Positions 60,779-64,000 of a stretch of 64,000 nt of DNA are shown one piece after another; within the stretch, counting starts at the first letter, position 1; the number at the start of each line of letters is the position of its first letter. Origin of the DNA: an uncultured Planctomycetota bacterium (GTDB lineage Bacteria; Planctomycetota; Planctomycetia; Gemmatales; Gemmataceae); NCBI GenBank assembly GCA_963849325.1, contig CAWKHF010000005.1, forward strand, positions 640,001 through 704,000, in the 5' to 3' direction. Below the pieces are notes generated by a model. The model worked only from the letters and a program-made list of their open reading frames with translations. It was not told where the DNA came from and ran no database searches. The translations under genes were made by a program, and so were the position numbers.

Positions 60779-63084
60779 TCAATCGACGTAGAGGAACTCG
60801 TTGCGATTGAATAGCGCCAGGCAAAAATCGGCCATCGCTGTCGCCAAGGCGGGATCGACCCCGGTAGGCGTCTCCGCAGGCACGTCCACCGGCAGACGCA
60901 TCCGTAAGCGATCCCGAAGGCGTTCGCTCTGTTCGCGGAGGAAATCCATCGCCATTCGCTGTTCCTCTTCACCCGGCGGACGCGCCAGGGCCAGATGATA
61001 AGCCCGAACGATGCAGTCTTTCTCGTCGTGGTTGGGTTCCAGCAAAAGCCGTGCCGCGAAGGCCGCCGCCTGCTCGCGCAAGAAAGGACCGTTGAACAAC
61101 AGAAGCGCCTGCGGAGCGAAGGTGCTGACCGGACGCACCGGACACGAACGTCAAGGTGTCCGGTTGATCGAACGCCTCGAACAAGGGCAGGCGGAGGTTG
61201 CGCTTGTTGTACAGGTAGAGACTGCGGCGCGTGTGCTGGTTCGCGTCCGGAGTGATGGGCCAGAGTCCGTCGGGTTCGCCTTCGGTGAAAATCAGCTCGT
61301 AGACTTCCGGTTCCAGCGGCACGCGGACCACCGGGCCGCCGAGCGCCGGATTGAGCGTTCCCGCCACGGTCAGGGCGTTATCGCGCAGCGCTTCGCCCTC
61401 CAGGCGGCGGCGGTTCATGCGGGCGAGCAAACGATTGTCCGGATCGACCGTCCGTCCGCGGGGGTCGCTCCAGCGGTCGGCCTGCTGATAGGTGGCGGAC
61501 AGGACCAGGAGGCGATGCACGTGCTTGAGCGACCAGCCGTGCGACACGAATTCCCCGGCCAACCAGTCGAGCAGCTCGGGGTGACTGGGCGGCGAACCGC
61601 GTAGACCGAAGTCGTTGGGCGTGACGACCAGTCCCCGGCCGAAGTGATGCTGCCACAACCGATTGACGAGGACACGAGCGGTCAGAGGATGGTCCGGCCG
61701 CGTCAGCCAGCGGGCCAGGGCGAGGCGGTCGAGTGCTTTGGGTTCCTTTAAGGGAGAAGGAGGAGAGACATTCTGGAGAATGCGAGGAAAGTCCGAAGCG
61801 ACCGCTTCTCCGGGCTTGTGCGGATCGCCGCGCTTGAGGACGTGGGTCGTCGGCGCGGCGCCGCTGTCGAGGAGGGTCCAGGCCTGGATTGGCGGCGTCG
61901 GCTTTTCGGCTTCCAGAGCGTGCATCCGCTGGCGCAGACGGCTGCGCCGTTCGCGGTCGACCGGAGAGAGGGCGTTCACGATCTCGTCCCACGTCACCTT
62001 GAGAAGGATGTCGGCGTGCGCGGCCAACTGGCGCTGCTGGGGCGTCCGTTTTTTGGGGTCGCAGTCGAGGGCGGCGCGATAGACGGACTCCAGCCGGTCC
62101 CTTTTGGCCTGCGTCAACTGCCGCCGATAGGGGGCTTCCAGCTGCTGCAACTGCTGCCGCAGGGGGGCGATGCGGGCATCGAGGTCGCGGCGGCGGCGAT
62201 CGTACTCCTGACGCTGGGCGGCGGTGGCGAGGTCGACGTCCTTGGGCTGCGCGGCGCTGAAAAAGGCTTGCAGGCGATAATAATCCGTCTGCGAGAAGGG
62301 ATCGAACTTGTGATGATGACAGCGGGCGCAGGCGACGGTCAGACCGAGGAAGGCGGCGCCGACGGCGTTGGTCATCTCGGTGAGCATCTCCTGCCGGCCG
62401 ACGGCCGGATCGACGTTGCCGCTGGTCTGATGGACCGGCCCGCAGCGGTTGAACCCGGCCGCCACCAAGAAATCAAGGTAGGCTTGAGGATGGATGGTTG
62501 ATGAGGGAGAAGACGGTTTGGATTTCTCCCGGAAGAGGAGGTCGCCGGCCAGCTGCTCGGTGACGAAGCGGTCGTAGGGCTTGTCGTCGTTGAAGGCGCG
62601 GACGACGTAATCGCGGTAGCGCCAGGCGTTCGGCCGTTCGGCGTCGGCCTCGTAGCCGTTCGATTCGGCGTAGCGGACCACGTCGAGCCAGTGCTGCGCC
62701 CAGCGTTCGCCGTAATGCGGCGAGGCCAGCAGGCGTTCGACGACGCGAACGTAAGCGTCCGGCCGCGTGTCTTGAAGGAAGTCGTCCAGTTCGCGCGGCG
62801 TGGGCGGCAAGCCAATCAGGTCGAAGGTGATACGGCGGAGCAGGATGGCCCGTCCGGCGCGGCTGGCCGGCCGCAGCCCCTCCCGATCCAGGCGGGCGAG
62901 AATGAACGCATCCACCGGAGTTCGGATCCAGCTTGGATCGCGGGTCCGGGGCGGGGCGGGATGCGAGGGCGACGTGGAAGGCCCAGTGCGACCGCTGGCG
63001 GGCCGAGAAGGCGGGCTCGACCGTCTCCGCCGCCGGCAGCGGGGCCGCGAGTAGGAGCACCAGAAGGGTCAGAACAGCACGCAT
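60779..63084 (-). CDS. DUF1549/DUF1553 (PSD1) planctomycete protein, frameshifted
   Basis: HWAF, LLRR.TFDLIGLPPT, YGERWAQHWLDVVRYAES, CARCHHHKFDP, ARVLVNRLWQHHFGRG, PSHPELLDWLA, NEFLYVD. Confidence 0.92.
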
Positions 63085-63505
63085 GACGGATCTCGAAGGC
63101 GGGCAGCGGGGCGGCGATGGTAATTTTTGTGCACTATTTTGTGCGCCCGCGGCAACTCGGAGGGCTTGTTCTGCGTAGAATACATCATAGGAGCATCGAC
63201 CGCAACCAGTTCGCATTCCCACCCGGCGCTTTTGCGAGCAGCCGTCGCCGCGGTCGTGGACGAGGCGAAGAAATCGGCGCCTCCCTCTTGGTGGGGTGGC
63301 ATGGATTCATAACATAGTAGGATTGTTTTCCTCGCCTGGGGCGCACCCCCTCCCCCTGGCCGCATGGTCGGAATGGATTTGAGGCGGGTGTGGAATGCAA
63401 TCTGCTCTTTAGTGCCGTCGGGTGCCCCTGGAGGGACCGGCGGCAACCGTATTTTCCCTCCCTGCTCCTCGGCGAGGAACGGGATGGCATAGACAGGACA
63501 GAGCC

Positions 63506-64000
63506 ATGGTCATGAAACGAACAACCAGGCGGACGGGCAAAGGCACGGCTTCCGATCCCACGCGGACCTTGCCCGAGATGCTTCCGACCTCTCCGGAAGC
63601 GGCCCAGACGCCGCGGCGCGAGACGCCGTGGAGCGATGTGCCAGACGATGCCTTCGCGTCGGACGATTCGGACGAGGCGGAGGAGACGGCCGCGGAGGAA
63701 CCGAACGCCGCCCCGGCCGAGGCAGCGGAAGAGGAGGACACGCACGCCCCGGACGACGCTTTGGGTCTATATCTGCGTCAGATGGGGGCGATCCCGCTGC
63801 TGAGCCGCGAGCAGGAACTGGCCCTGGCGGAACGGCTGGAGCGCAAGCGCCGCCGCTATCGCCACGCCGCCATGATGAACTGGCGCACGCTGGCCGCCAT
63901 CGTGGACACCTTCGAGCGCGTCCGCGCCGGTCAGTTGGCCCTTGATCCGACCATCGATGTCGTGACGACGCTGGGACTCAGCCGCGACAATATCCTGCAA
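63506..64000 (+). CDS. Sigma-70 (RpoD/SigA-like) RNA polymerase sigma factor, partial
   Basis: Manual translation: acidic N-terminus, then region 1.2 DDALGLYLRQMGAIPLLSREQELALAERLE. Confidence 0.85.
   Translation, partial: MVMKRTTRRTGKGTASDPTRTLPEMLPTSPEAAQTPRRETPWSDVPDDAFASDDSDEAEETAAEEPNAAPAEAAEEEDTHAPDDALGLYLRQMGAIPLLSREQELALAERLERKRRRYRHAAMMNWRTLAAIVDTFERVRAGQLALDPTIDVVTTLGLSRDNILQ

Overview
High-GC chromosomal window from a planctomycete. The 16S sequence and the DUF1559, DUF1549/1553, LRR and PQQ-propeller genes point to Planctomycetota, most likely Gemmataceae. Many genes, including housekeeping ones (glmS, rpsT, hppA), are split by single-base frameshifts, most likely uncorrected long-read indels, so coding regions are reported as reconstructed genes. 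In order, the window holds: a TetR-MFP-RND-RND efflux operon with a visible tandem operator; EamA, LRR and DUF1559 genes; a sulfatase coupled to a Tat-exported prenyltransferase-repeat protein; a methyltransferase, PQQ propeller and FAD/Fe-S oxidase; an OafA acyltransferase and ECF sigma; a glmS-GNAT-DUF4954-2x CelD/BcsL-GNAT cluster next to wza and a double-PilZ gene; a stand-alone 16S rRNA gene with promoter, boxA, processing stem and terminator; purQ-nadC-birA, mqnE, rpsT and MMPL; a DUF4129-DUF4350-MoxR cluster interrupted by a pirin islet; a promoter-driven three-way-junction RNA in front of a truncated DUF3800-like start; a divergent K+-independent membrane pyrophosphatase; and a partial sigma-70 gene. 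At least seven palindromic REP/MITE-like repeat families occur, several of them in-frame in proteins and one in the 16S leader. No CRISPR array, tRNA or transposase was seen.
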